From Candidatus Saccharimonadales bacterium (GTDB lineage: Bacteria; Patescibacteriota; Saccharimonadia; Saccharimonadales; JAYRRP01), in assembly GCA_041906765.1 (NCBI GenBank), contig JAYRIP010000004.1, positions 132,342 to 196,341 of the forward strand: a stretch of DNA of 64,000 nt. The letters are read 5' to 3'. Numbering within the stretch: the first letter of the stretch is position 1; each line of letters starts with the position of its first letter. Under the pieces are notes generated by a model. It did no database searches and was not told the origin of the DNA. It was given only the letters and a program-made list of their open reading frames with translations. The position numbers and the translations under genes were made by a program. Positions 9,577 to 19,002 of this stretch are shown piece by piece.

Positions 9577-10554
9577 TTATTTTGCAGTTTTAAACTTTAG
9601 ATACCGCCGGGTCGCGATAAAGGAAGAAGCGGCTCCGATGAATATACCAATCGTAAGCTGCATTGTCAAAAATAACCAGAAGTGCTTTGCAAAGTAATCA
9701 TTGGCATAGCCTATATCCAATAGACCTAGGCTACTTGCCTCAAAAGCTGACGAAGATACAATGAACAGTGTATTCAGAAATGCTATGGATATAACCGCCG
9801 AGACTATCCCGTAAATCATGGTTTCTACAATAAACGGGCCACGAATATAGTTTGTACTGGCGCCAAGTAAGCGCATTATGGTTAGCTCGTCACGACGGTT
9901 AAAGATAGCCATTCGTATAGTATTGAAGATAATTAGCATTGAGATAAAGGCGAATGTTAAAACGCCTGCGATACCAAAGCGCCGTATAAAGGCAGTCGCA
10001 CTGGTGATCTTATCAATTGCCACTTTGCGCTCTCCCGAATAAGATGTCTCCTCGGACTGAAGCTCTTTAATCTCTTTTTTCTCTAAAAATGCTTTGATTT
10101 CATTAATTCGATTAGGATCTTTTGGCTTGATCTGTAAACTGGCCGGTAATGGATTTTCGGTTTGTGAAATTGCCACCAGGAGGTCAGGGTTATCGGCATT
10201 TTCTTTCTTGTATGACTCAAGCGCCTCATCTTTTGATATAAAACGGACGGACTTTACATTCTCAAGTCCCCTTATTTGGCTAATTAACTGCTCCCGCTTT
10301 TCAGGCTTGACATCATCTTTTAAGTAAACTGACACGTCAATCCGGTCTGTAATCTGAGCAATGGTATGAGCAAAGGTGGCATTTGCAATTACTGAAAACA
10401 AGACAATAGTAAGAGTTATCACCATGACAGCCATTGCAGCAATTCCTAGCCAGGCGTTGCGAAAGAAATTAACTCCGCCGCCCTTGATGATGCGCCTTAA
10501 CGTTATGACTCGTCGTTTGAAGCCCGATTTATTCATTACTTTCTTCTTGGGCAT
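9577..10554 (-). CDS. ftsX: cell-division ABC transporter permease FtsX
   Basis: A basic N-terminus, TM1, a roughly 100-aa extracytoplasmic domain, and three C-terminal TMs including MRLLGASTNYIRGPF. Follows ftsE. Start candidates are GTG 10575, ATG 10554 and ATG 10536. Confidence 0.85.
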   Translation of the reverse strand: MPKKKVMNKSGFKRRVITLRRIIKGGGVNFFRNAWLGIAAMAVMVITLTIVLFSVIANATFAHTIAQITDRIDVSVYLKDDVKPEKREQLISQIRGLENVKSVRFISKDEALESYKKENADNPDLLVAISQTENPLPASLQIKPKDPNRINEIKAFLEKKEIKELQSEETSYSGERKVAIDKITSATAFIRRFGIAGVLTFAFISMLIIFNTIRMAIFNRRDELTIMRLLGASTNYIRGPFIVETMIYGIVSAVISIAFLNTLFIVSSSAFEASSLGLLDIGYANDYFAKHFWLFLTMQLTIGIFIGAASSFIATRRYLKFKTAK

Positions 10555-11227
10555 ACTCCGCGTTTGCGCGGTCACTAATTACTTTTCCATCACGTATCGT
10601 CACGACCCGTCGTTTCAGCCGATTCACAATATCCTGGTTATGAGTCGTCAACAGTACAGTGGTGCCAAAACGGTTAATCTTTTCAAGTACTTTAATGACA
10701 TCCCACGCATGTTTCGGGTCGAGGTTACCGGTTGGTTCATCCGCAATCAATATCTTCGGCTGACGTACGATCGCCCGAGCAATGGCAACACGCTGACGTT
10801 CGCCGCCAGATAGTTCCCTTGGCATACTTTTTTCTTTGCCCCTTAAGCCAACTATATCTAGCACCCGCGGAACAGTATGCTGGATTTCATGGTTACTCAT
10901 GCCCGCAATCTCCAATGCAAATGCCACATTTTCAAAGACATTCTTATTCGCAAGCAATTTGAAATCCTGAAACACCACACCTATTTTTCGCCTGAGGAGT
11001 GGTATTTCTCTATCTTTTAAACTGTCATAGTCGATGCCGCCGACAATAATTTTGCCGCTTGTTGGCTTTTCTTCCCGTGTCAATAGTTTTAGCAAGGTTG
11101 ATTTACCTGCTCCACTTGGCCCGATGATTATGACAAATTCCTTCGGTTCAACGTGCAGACTGACACGATCCAATGCCGATCCGGTCGTGCGGCCGTAGGT
11201 CTTTGTTACCCTGTCCAATAAAATCAT
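10529..11227 (-). CDS. ftsE: cell-division ATP-binding protein FtsE
   Basis: Walker A GPSGAGKST, signature LSGGERQRVAIARA, Walker B ILIADEPTGNLD. ATG 11227 (MILLDRVTKTYG) lies 7 nt after TGCTATAAT. Confidence 0.95.
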   Translation of the reverse strand: MILLDRVTKTYGRTTGSALDRVSLHVEPKEFVIIIGPSGAGKSTLLKLLTREEKPTSGKIIVGGIDYDSLKDREIPLLRRKIGVVFQDFKLLANKNVFENVAFALEIAGMSNHEIQHTVPRVLDIVGLRGKEKSMPRELSGGERQRVAIARAIVRQPKILIADEPTGNLDPKHAWDVIKVLEKINRFGTTVLLTTHNQDIVNRLKRRVVTIRDGKVISDRANAEYAQEESNE

Positions 11228-11234
11228 TAGCACT

Positions 11235-11243
11235 ATTATAGCA
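11235..11243 (-). promoter_or_regulatory. extended -10 promoter element (TGCTATAAT) for ftsEX, leaderless configuration
   Basis: The minus strand reads CTTGCTATAATagtgctaATG. There are 7 nt between the hexamer and the ATG, and no SD. Confidence 0.5.
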
Positions 11244-11259
11244 AGCTGCAAAAAGTGCG

Positions 11260-12363
11260 CTAGCCGTTTGCCCGCTTTGTTTTTCGTTCTTCCAGCCAGG
11301 CTGCAATGAAAGGGTCAAGTTCGCCTTTGAGCACTGCGTCAACATCAGAGGTTTCATATTTAGTACGCAGATCCTTCACCATCCTATAGGGGTGTAGCAC
11401 ATAACTTCGGATTTGATTGCCCCACTCGGCTGATTGGTTGGGGCCTTTGATCTTTTCTAGTGAAGATTGATGCTGATCGGCTTGCAGGCGCGCAAGCTTA
11501 GAACGCAAGATGGTTAGGGCAGTTTCCTTGTTTTGTAATTGCGAACGCTCATTTTGAATAGCCACCTGTATACCCGAAGGAATATGGGTAACACGAATGG
11601 CCGAATCGGTAGTATTTACGCTTTGCCCGCCATGTCCACCAGACCGGAACACGTCGATTTTTAAGTCTTTTTTATCGATTTCAACCTCTTTTGGAGTATC
11701 TATCTTAGGCAGAACTTCGACCTTCGCAAAACTGGTTTGTCGTAAGTTATCTGCATTGAACGGACTAAGCCGCACGAGACGATGTACGCCGTGCTCGCTC
11801 TGGAGTTTTCCATACGCGTATGGCAAGGACACTACGCACACCACTCTTTTTAGGCCTGCCTCCTCACCACTAGATTGATCTAAAACTTCTAATTTTCCCC
11901 CAGCTTTTTCAACCCAACGAGAGTACATAGTGAATAACATTTGTGTCCAATCCTGCGCATCGGTCCCTCCTGCACCAGCATGGATACTAATTATAGCGCC
12001 GTGTGTGTCGTAAGGACCATCGAAAAGCAGGTCACGCTTTTGTCGGCTAAACTGCTGACTGATACGATCTAGCTGAGCGGTTATTTCACTCTCAAGCGCT
12101 ACATCAGCCAACGCATGCAGTTCCCGTATTTCTTTTAGGTTTTCCTGCAATTCCAGCCAAGGCGTAACCTGTGCTTTTAATTGCTGGTACTGCTCTACCA
12201 CTGTTTGTGCTTTCTGATTGTCTTTCCAAAAGTCCACTCCAGACATCTGCTGCTGCAAATCCTGCATCTTTGTCTGCAGACTTGGAAGGTCTAATTTGCG
12301 CGCAGCTTCCTGGAATTCCTGTTCAAGTGTCTCCAGCTGGTTTTGTATATTCTCTTTTGCCAT
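11260..12363 (-). CDS. prfB: peptide chain release factor 2 (single uninterrupted frame)
   Basis: SPF tripeptide (RLSPFNADNLRQTSFA) and GGQ ([16 protein letters not shown]). The N-terminus is continuous, so there is no programmed +1 frameshift site. Confidence 0.95.
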   Translation of the reverse strand: MAKENIQNQLETLEQEFQEAARKLDLPSLQTKMQDLQQQMSGVDFWKDNQKAQTVVEQYQQLKAQVTPWLELQENLKEIRELHALADVALESEITAQLDRISQQFSRQKRDLLFDGPYDTHGAIISIHAGAGGTDAQDWTQMLFTMYSRWVEKAGGKLEVLDQSSGEEAGLKRVVCVVSLPYAYGKLQSEHGVHRLVRLSPFNADNLRQTSFAKVEVLPKIDTPKEVEIDKKDLKIDVFRSGGHGGQSVNTTDSAIRVTHIPSGIQVAIQNERSQLQNKETALTILRSKLARLQADQHQSSLEKIKGPNQSAEWGNQIRSYVLHPYRMVKDLRTKYETSDVDAVLKGELDPFIAAWLEERKTKRANG

Positions 12364-12369
12364 ACCCTT

Positions 12370-12375
12370 ATTATA
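12370..12375 (-). promoter_or_regulatory. -10 box (TATAAT) 6 nt upstream of the prfB ATG
   Basis: The minus strand reads CAGTTTATAATaagggtATG. Confidence 0.45.
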
Positions 12376-12436
12376 AACTGGCGACCTGATTAGTAACTAA
12401 TTCGAGAGGTTAGGCTGCTCCTGGACCGCTCGTCCT

Positions 12437-13723
12437 TTATTGCCATAAAGGAAAAATTTTAGAGCGAAGTTTTTGAATAAATTCTGTATTCGCGTTGCCA
12501 AGGATACCTAGCCCCCAGATATTATCCTGAAACATTTTCCGGCTAGTTCGAATGATACTTTCTCTCGTGATAGCATCTATGCGAGCAGGTATCTTATAGT
12601 AGTCATCAATTACATCATCAAAAAAATACCGATAACTGTAGCCATTAGCCGTGCCTCCTACTGTTTGTCCACTTCGCTGGTAACGCCCAAGAGCGTACTG
12701 CTTTGCTGCTTTAATATCATCTACCTCGATATTGCCACGAAAAATCTCTTGCAGCTCCTGTGTAATAATATCGAAAAGTTCTGGCGCATTTCGTGGCAGT
12801 ACCTGGCTGCCAAACCACCAGTTAGTGCTTGCTTTCGTCTGACCTATGCCAGAACTCATGCTATACACTAATCCTCGCTCACGTGCACGTCCAAGTATTT
12901 TTGAATAAAGTGTCTCGGTTAACATAGTATTCATAAGACTCAGACTATCCACTTCGTCATCACTGAGACGACGACGCAAAAAAGTATCAATATAAAAATA
13001 GACATTCTCAACAGTGGTATTAGATAAATAGAGCGGTTTTGCCAAGCGCTGGGGGGTTTCTGTAGGTAACTGGCGGCGTCCCTCACCCTTTTCTAGCTCA
13101 ATGCTTCCAATTAATTTCTCTATCTGTCGTCTCCTCGCTGCCGACAAGTTTCCCGCCATCACAAAACGCAAATTAGAAGTTGAGTGCGTCATCTTGTAAT
13201 GCTGCCGAATATCATAAAGCGAAACATTATCCATTAATTGAAGCCTTTCCTGATCTGTCAAAACGTAAAATCCGTATGCTTCTCTTAGGGCCAAACTGAG
13301 GTAACGAAAGTGGTTATTCGAGCGAGCAGTTAACTCCTCTCTTACATTACTGAACTCAGCGTCGAATTCTTCTTTTAAAAAGAGTGGCCGCGTCAACACG
13401 ACCAACAATAATCCTAAGATGCGATCCCACTCAAAATCAGCGCATTCAGCTTCATATGTAATGTCATAGGTACCCGTACTAGCATTCGAATAAGCGCCAT
13501 TCTTTTCAAATTCTGCCTGGAAAGCCCTTGATTTGGGAATAAGTTCATTCGCACCAAGCATAAGATGCTCCATAATGTGGGGTGTTTCCCATTTTTCACG
13601 CGGCACAAGATACTCGCCGGCGCGAAAGTTGAACTCAAAAGTCATGACACTGGCACCGGGAATATGAATAAGCAGCCCTTTGGCTCCATTTTGCAGTGAA
13701 AGTTCTTCTACAGTATGTCTCAT
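12437..13723 (-). CDS. M16-family zinc peptidase (insulinase-like)
   Basis: Inverted zinc motif HxxEH present (TPHIMEHLMLG). 428 aa with the two-lobed M16 architecture. Confidence 0.85.
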   Translation of the reverse strand: MRHTVEELSLQNGAKGLLIHIPGASVMTFEFNFRAGEYLVPREKWETPHIMEHLMLGANELIPKSRAFQAEFEKNGAYSNASTGTYDITYEAECADFEWDRILGLLLVVLTRPLFLKEEFDAEFSNVREELTARSNNHFRYLSLALREAYGFYVLTDQERLQLMDNVSLYDIRQHYKMTHSTSNLRFVMAGNLSAARRRQIEKLIGSIELEKGEGRRQLPTETPQRLAKPLYLSNTTVENVYFYIDTFLRRRLSDDEVDSLSLMNTMLTETLYSKILGRARERGLVYSMSSGIGQTKASTNWWFGSQVLPRNAPELFDIITQELQEIFRGNIEVDDIKAAKQYALGRYQRSGQTVGGTANGYSYRYFFDDVIDDYYKIPARIDAITRESIIRTSRKMFQDNIWGLGILGNANTEFIQKLRSKIFPLWQ

Positions 13724-13746
13724 ATATTCATCAAGCGAAGACTGTG

Positions 13747-16374
13747 TTATTTGCGCCGCTTACCGCCCATCCGGCGACGTTGGCGCTCCGCTTTACGGGC
13801 TTTCTTACGCTGGAGGGAGGTAGTCGACTTTTTGGTGCTGCTAGCAGATAATAAGTCGCCAAAATCCTTTTCTTCAAATTCTTCTGCCTCAATAATTCTA
13901 TCGGCATTATCGACTGATTGGCGGGCTGCCCTCGTAAGCTCTGTCTCGATCGGTGCTTCAAGTTGCTCTTCATTCACTGCTTCAGCGTGGAACAATGTAC
14001 GCACGATATCATGCCGCAGCGTCTGCTGCATTGTTTCGAATAGATGCTGTCCCTGACGGCGATATTCTACCAGTGGGTCTCTCTGCCCTACGCTTATCCA
14101 GTGAATGCCTTCACGCAAGTGATCCATATTTTCAAGGTGTTGCATCCAAAGGTTATCGAGTATTTGCAGATAGATGTCACGCTCAATCTTGCGCATAATT
14201 TCGGCTGTAAAAGCAGTCTCGCGGGCTTCATAAAGCTCTAGTGCTTCTCGAGTAAGTACATCCTTAAATTTCTCTACCTCAGTATCGAACAATCTATCTA
14301 AAGTCGCGTCGTCAAAGGCAAAAACTTCATGAACCACCGACTCAAATTCATCACTGGAAACAAGCGGTGAGGTTGCCAGTGTTCCACTTTCTTCTTTAAT
14401 CAAAGCTTTTATACGACGGCTAATGTCGGATTGAGTCAGAATTTCACGTCGCATAGCATACGTAGCTTTGCGGTGACGATTCATCACATCATCGTACTGC
14501 ACCACATTTTTTCGCTGATCAAAATTAAATCCCTCCACTTTCTTTTGGGCAGCCTCCAAGCTACGGGATATGATCCGATTTTCTATGGGCGTCTCTGCAT
14601 CAACTTTTAATCGATCCATGATAGCGGCGATCCTCTCGCCACCAAAAATCCGCATCAGATCATCTTCGGTGCTAACAAAAAACTGAGTGGTACCGGGATC
14701 GCCCTGACGTCCGGACCGACCGCGCAATTGGTTGTCTATCCTCCTTGACTCATGTCGTTCACTGCCAAGCACAAACAAACCGCCAATTTCTTTCACGCCC
14801 TCACCCAACACGATATCAGTACCGCGTCCAGCAATGTTGGTAGCCAATGTGACAGACCCTTTCTGGCCCGCCCGGGCTATGATACCCGCTTCCCGTTCGT
14901 TATTTTTTGCATTCAAAACTTGATGCGGTACGTTCACTTTGCGCAGCAGATTACCGAGCAATTCATTTTTCTCAATAGAGGCTGTGCCGAGCAGAACCGG
15001 CTGACCACGTTGATGTAACAGTTTTACTTCTCGCGCAATCGCCTTAAACTTAGCCTGTTCGCTCCTATAAATCCGATCTGCACGGTCAGTGCGATAAATT
15101 GGTTTGTTGGGCGGTATTTCCACCACATCCAACTTGTATATCTGGTGAAACTCTTCGCTCTCGGTCATGGCGGTACCTGTCATGCCAGCTAATTTTTGAT
15201 ACAGGCGGAAGTAGTTCTGAAAGCTAATGGTGGCCAAAGTCATGGATTCTTCCTGCACTTCTACGCCTTCCTTGGCTTCAATAGCCTGATGCAAACCTTC
15301 ATTGTAGCGGCGTCCGCGCAACAAACGACCGGTAAATTCATCCACGATAACCACTTCGCCGTCATTTGTCACCACATAATCTTTATCTCGCTTAAACAAA
15401 GCCTCTGCCCGCAAAGCTTGCTCCAAGTGGTAAATGGTGCGGATATTATCAATACCGTAGAGGCTGTCAATTCCTAGCATTCGTTCAACTTGCTCTACCC
15501 CGTCATCAGTCAGCACCACTGCTTTACGTTTTTCATCTACTTCGTAATGCTTTTCAGGTTTTAGTTGCCTGGCCACTTTTGCGAACTGGGCATATGCGCT
15601 ACCACTCGTGACAGCAGGCGCTGAAATAATAAGCGGCGTCCGAGCTTCGTCTATTAAAATAGAGTCTACTTCGTCCACAATGGCATAATGGAGGTCACGT
15701 TGACGAAGTTGATCGACTTCACGCACCATATTGTCCCGTAAATAATCAAAACCAAACTCATTGTTTGTGCCATAAGTAACGTCAGCACGATAAGCCTCCA
15801 TCCGGGTGGCGGGGCGCAGGTGGTGAAAACGGGGATCTTCGTGATTTTTGTTATGATACTGGGGATCAAAAATATATGATTCATCAGCAATAATCACCCC
15901 TGTTGATAGACCAAGAAAATTGTAAACTTGGCCCATCCAGCCCGCATCGCGCTGGGCAAGATAGTCGTTCACGGTCACTACATGGACACCTTTTTCAGTT
16001 AGGGCATTCAGGTAAACCGCCAGTGTAGCGACCAAGGTTTTTCCTTCCCCTGTCTTCATTTCGGATACACTGCCTTCATGTAACGCCATACCGCCAATTA
16101 ACTGGACATCAAAATGCCGTTGCCCTAACACTCGTGTAGCGGCTTCCCGAACAACTGCGAAGGCATCAGGCAGGATCTTGTCCAATGACTCTTTTGCCAA
16201 ACGTTTTTTGAGTTTACTTGTCTGCGCCTTTAAAGTGGCATCAGACATTTTTTTATAGGTAGGCGCTAGAGTATTAATAGTCTGCACTCTCTTGCGCAAG
16301 CGTTTCAGAGTTTTTACCTGAGGATCACCCAAAACTCGTTTTAGGACTTTCTTTACAGCCGACAAATCTCTCAC
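13747..16374 (-). CDS. secA: preprotein translocase ATPase SecA
   Basis: MKTGEGKTLVATL (Walker A), DEVDSILIDEARTPLIIS, TNIAGRGTDIVLGG-like and LRGRSGRQGDPG motifs. The C-terminal tail is Arg/Lys-rich and lacks the Cys-rich zinc motif. The start is either GTG 16374 or TTG 16365. Confidence 0.97.
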   Translation of the reverse strand: MRDLSAVKKVLKRVLGDPQVKTLKRLRKRVQTINTLAPTYKKMSDATLKAQTSKLKKRLAKESLDKILPDAFAVVREAATRVLGQRHFDVQLIGGMALHEGSVSEMKTGEGKTLVATLAVYLNALTEKGVHVVTVNDYLAQRDAGWMGQVYNFLGLSTGVIIADESYIFDPQYHNKNHEDPRFHHLRPATRMEAYRADVTYGTNNEFGFDYLRDNMVREVDQLRQRDLHYAIVDEVDSILIDEARTPLIISAPAVTSGSAYAQFAKVARQLKPEKHYEVDEKRKAVVLTDDGVEQVERMLGIDSLYGIDNIRTIYHLEQALRAEALFKRDKDYVVTNDGEVVIVDEFTGRLLRGRRYNEGLHQAIEAKEGVEVQEESMTLATISFQNYFRLYQKLAGMTGTAMTESEEFHQIYKLDVVEIPPNKPIYRTDRADRIYRSEQAKFKAIAREVKLLHQRGQPVLLGTASIEKNELLGNLLRKVNVPHQVLNAKNNEREAGIIARAGQKGSVTLATNIAGRGTDIVLGEGVKEIGGLFVLGSERHESRRIDNQLRGRSGRQGDPGTTQFFVSTEDDLMRIFGGERIAAIMDRLKVDAETPIENRIISRSLEAAQKKVEGFNFDQRKNVVQYDDVMNRHRKATYAMRREILTQSDISRRIKALIKEESGTLATSPLVSSDEFESVVHEVFAFDDATLDRLFDTEVEKFKDVLTREALELYEARETAFTAEIMRKIERDIYLQILDNLWMQHLENMDHLREGIHWISVGQRDPLVEYRRQGQHLFETMQQTLRHDIVRTLFHAEAVNEEQLEAPIETELTRAARQSVDNADRIIEAEEFEEKDFGDLLSASSTKKSTTSLQRKKARKAERQRRRMGGKRRK

Positions 16375-16449
16375 CTTTCACGGATTATCTATCAGGTACC
16401 TATTGTAGCCTATTTCGAGAGCAGATGTGACGTTATTTTGCCAACAAAG

Positions 16450-16812
16450 CTATATCTTATTACGTGAAAAGCGTCGTAAAATCCGTCGGTGGAACCGGAT
16501 GGGACGTTGCTTCTCTTTGTAACGCTTTAATTGGTTCTTAAGTTTCGCCGTCACAATATCAACTGCAGCGAACATGTTGATGGTAGTTTCTTTGGCAGTA
16601 ATTGTGTCATGTGGCAAATGAAGTATCACCTCACAACTACACTCTTTTTTTGTTTTTACCTTATGCTGTCCCAATTTCACTTCTGCGTGTAGGGATTGCC
16701 GAGCATGCCGGGATACATATTGGTCGAGACGGCCAATTTTTTTGGCGACATATTTTCGCACGTCATCATCAAGATCAAAATGGATGCCGCTAATTTCTAA
16801 TCGTGAAATCAT
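16450..16812 (-). CDS. hpf: ribosome hibernation promoting factor (short HPF/RaiA type)
   Basis: MISRLEISGIHFDLDDDVRKYVAKKIGRLDQY...DMFAAVDIV-like (NMFAAVDIVTAKLKNQLKRYKEK) pattern of the S30AE family. Confidence 0.9.
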   Translation of the reverse strand: MISRLEISGIHFDLDDDVRKYVAKKIGRLDQYVSRHARQSLHAEVKLGQHKVKTKKECSCEVILHLPHDTITAKETTINMFAAVDIVTAKLKNQLKRYKEKQRPIRFHRRILRRFSRNKI

Positions 16813-18107
16813 ATCTGTTTCCTTCCTCCCATGTATGGGACAAGCACTTTAGGTACCATGACGCTGCCGTCAGATTGTTGAAAATTCTCAATAATAGCGA
16901 TCAAAGGCCGCTGCGAAAATACCGTCGCATCATTGGTGTGTACTAACTCATTCGTGCCATTCGGTTTTTTGAAACGTATTTTGAGACGCCGCGCTTGGTA
17001 GTCTGTCATGTAATCGGCTGTGTGTGTCTCGCGATATTTGTCCTGACCCGGTAGCCACGCTTCAATATCCCAACCCCGTGTGTTCGGTTTGCCGATATCA
17101 GCCGTGCACTTATTGATGACACGATACGGCAAATCTAGGGCTTGCATTAGGTGTTCCTGCAGGGCAATCATAAATAAATGTTCCCGGAAAGAAGTCGAAC
17201 CGGTACTGAGACTCTCCATTTCCAACTTATCAAACTGGTGCATGCGGATAATTCCTTCCGTGTCCTTGCCGTATGTGCCGGCTTCTTTTCGAAATGAAGT
17301 TGCAAATCCAATATAGCGTAGCGGCAGTTGATTCTCTTGGAGCATTTCACCCACATGCATGCTTCCCAAAACATGCTCCGCACTTCCCTGTAACCACAGT
17401 TCTTCTCCCTCAATTTTATAGCGATCATCGCGAGGCTCTAAGCGATCCATCGCCTCATAAACTTCCGTCTTCAACATAAGCGGGGGTAAGACGGGGGTAA
17501 ATGGTGTATCGCTTATTTTAAGATCGTTTTTGCTGATAACATCAGCGAGTACCTCCCGATTAGTAAGCTGGTCCAATGCAAACTGCATCAATGCCCATTG
17601 CAGGCGGACAAAATCACCTTTGAGGTAAGCAAAGCGTGACCCACTCACCTTCGCTGCCCGTTTTTTGTCTATCCACATCCTGCCTTCGGCCAGTTCCCAA
17701 TGGTTCTTGGGTGTGAAGTTAAATTGAGGAAGTTCACCCACTGTTTTCGCCACCACATTATCTGCTTCACTCCTGCCGACTGGCACGTCATTCCATGGCA
17801 TATTCGGAACTTTTTTGAGAAGCGTCTCATACTCACGTTCCAAAGAAGCTAATCTATGCTCAGCGTCAGTGAGTTCGATTTTGAGCTGACGGGCATCCTG
17901 GGTTTGGTGAGAGTCAGTAACGGAACTATTCGGAGAAGCTTTAGCTAATTGTTTTCGTTTGCGGCGTAATTCTTCAACTTTTTGTAGCATCTCGCGCCGA
18001 GCCTGATCAAAACCTAAAAGTTGTTTGATATCGACTGAATAACCTTTTTGGCTCGATTTCTGTGTTACTTCCTCGGGGTTGTCACGGATAAATTGGATAT
18101 CAAGCAT
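16809..18107 (-). CDS. serS: seryl-tRNA synthetase
   Basis: N-terminal coiled-coil tRNA-binding arm and class II motifs (FRKEAGTYGKDTEGIIRMHQFDKLE; GWDIEAWLPGQDKYRETHT). Confidence 0.97.
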   Translation of the reverse strand: MLDIQFIRDNPEEVTQKSSQKGYSVDIKQLLGFDQARREMLQKVEELRRKRKQLAKASPNSSVTDSHQTQDARQLKIELTDAEHRLASLEREYETLLKKVPNMPWNDVPVGRSEADNVVAKTVGELPQFNFTPKNHWELAEGRMWIDKKRAAKVSGSRFAYLKGDFVRLQWALMQFALDQLTNREVLADVISKNDLKISDTPFTPVLPPLMLKTEVYEAMDRLEPRDDRYKIEGEELWLQGSAEHVLGSMHVGEMLQENQLPLRYIGFATSFRKEAGTYGKDTEGIIRMHQFDKLEMESLSTGSTSFREHLFMIALQEHLMQALDLPYRVINKCTADIGKPNTRGWDIEAWLPGQDKYRETHTADYMTDYQARRLKIRFKKPNGTNELVHTNDATVFSQRPLIAIIENFQQSDGSVMVPKVLVPYMGGRKQI

Positions 18108-18113
18108 GACACT

Positions 18114-18119
18114 ATTATA
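18114..18119 (-). promoter_or_regulatory. -10 box (TATAAT) 6 nt upstream of the serS ATG
   Basis: The minus strand reads CGCTATAATagtgtcATG. No SD. Confidence 0.45.
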
Positions 18120-18161
18120 GCGGATTTATCAGCACTAAATATGTCGATCTGAGGCATATAT

Positions 18162-18998
18162 TCACTGGAATAGCTCAAGGGCCGAGGCAGAATGCTTTTG
18201 GTCAGACGGCTTTATGCCTCGTTGGTAATGTTGTATGCCAAGCTGGGTGCGGCTTCTGGCATAGGCACAGTATTCACACTCGCCTCCCATGGCTGCATTA
18301 CCAATTGGTGGCATATCGCCCTCCATACAGGCTTTCATATCCTGTAGAGCCGGCTCTACCCAAGTATCACTACCTGTGTAAGAAATGATTTTCGTTTCAA
18401 ACTCAACTTTATCGTAAAAACCTTTAAGATCAAGACGTCCATTTGTATACACAAAATAGCCAACATTACTAACCTTGAAACCATTTTGCCGAAGCAACCA
18501 CTGATAGACTTCCAGTTGGCGTTTGTAGCAAATCTGCCATGGCGCATCCAAGGAAACCTCGCCTGCTTTTGCGGTCGCTTTGTAGTCAACTACTATCAAC
18601 TCGCCTTCTTCATCAACCCAGACATCATCAATCGCCCCAAACACCTGCAAATTGGTAGGAGTATGGAGCGTCCGAACACCGGTAAAATTATGCCGCCAGT
18701 CAGATAAGTCCTCATGCGTAAATGGAACCGCCTTAATCTGATTATCGGTCATCCATGGATGTGGTTCCTGTTTTTGACGATAGGAATCAAACTCTTTTTT
18801 TAACAATTCGTCTATCGCCTTATTAATCTGAAACGGCGGGGTTGAGGGGCGGGAGATTTTTAGACGCACATCTAACCAGAAACAGCGCGGACACTGTTTG
18901 AATAGTTCAATCTTGCTCCGGCTTACCTCAAAGGGTGCCGCCTGGCCCGGTTGATAAGGAGGACGTCGTTTGCGCCGCCACTGGGTTGAATTCGCCAT
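18162..18998 (-). CDS. PD-(D/E)XK nuclease family protein with Cys cluster (Cas4/RecB-nuclease-like)
   Basis: GAIDDVWVD...ELIVVDYKA (a D...(D/E)xK core) followed by QLEVYQWL. Cysteines lie at both ends (CPRCFW near the N-terminus; C-x17-CEYC near the C-terminus). I prefer ATG 18998 (MANSTQWRRKRR) over the ORF-track start 19064, because it sits 2 nt upstream of the rsmE stop codon rather than deep inside rsmE. Confidence 0.7.
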   Translation of the reverse strand: MANSTQWRRKRRPPYQPGQAAPFEVSRSKIELFKQCPRCFWLDVRLKISRPSTPPFQINKAIDELLKKEFDSYRQKQEPHPWMTDNQIKAVPFTHEDLSDWRHNFTGVRTLHTPTNLQVFGAIDDVWVDEEGELIVVDYKATAKAGEVSLDAPWQICYKRQLEVYQWLLRQNGFKVSNVGYFVYTNGRLDLKGFYDKVEFETKIISYTGSDTWVEPALQDMKACMEGDMPPIGNAAMGGECEYCAYARSRTQLGIQHYQRGIKPSDQKHSASALELFQ

Positions 18999-19002
18999 TT
19001 CC

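Noticed and set aside
10376-10813. A 145-aa plus-strand ORF antisense to ftsX/ftsE. Similar long antisense ORFs occur at 1428-1835, 7649-8056, 34818-35273, 36310-36699, 43456-43863, 28824-29177 and 56621-57043.
   Set aside because: Each lies entirely inside a confidently identified gene on the opposite strand. Their translations are low-complexity and Ser/Arg/Cys-rich with no motifs, which is typical of shadow ORFs.
13715-14056. ORFs overlapping the 3' end of secA: 13715-14056 on the plus strand, and 13731-13973 on the minus strand in another frame.
   Set aside because: The SecA frame is continuous and conserved through this region. The alternatives are Arg/Ser-rich frame shadows of the basic SecA tail.
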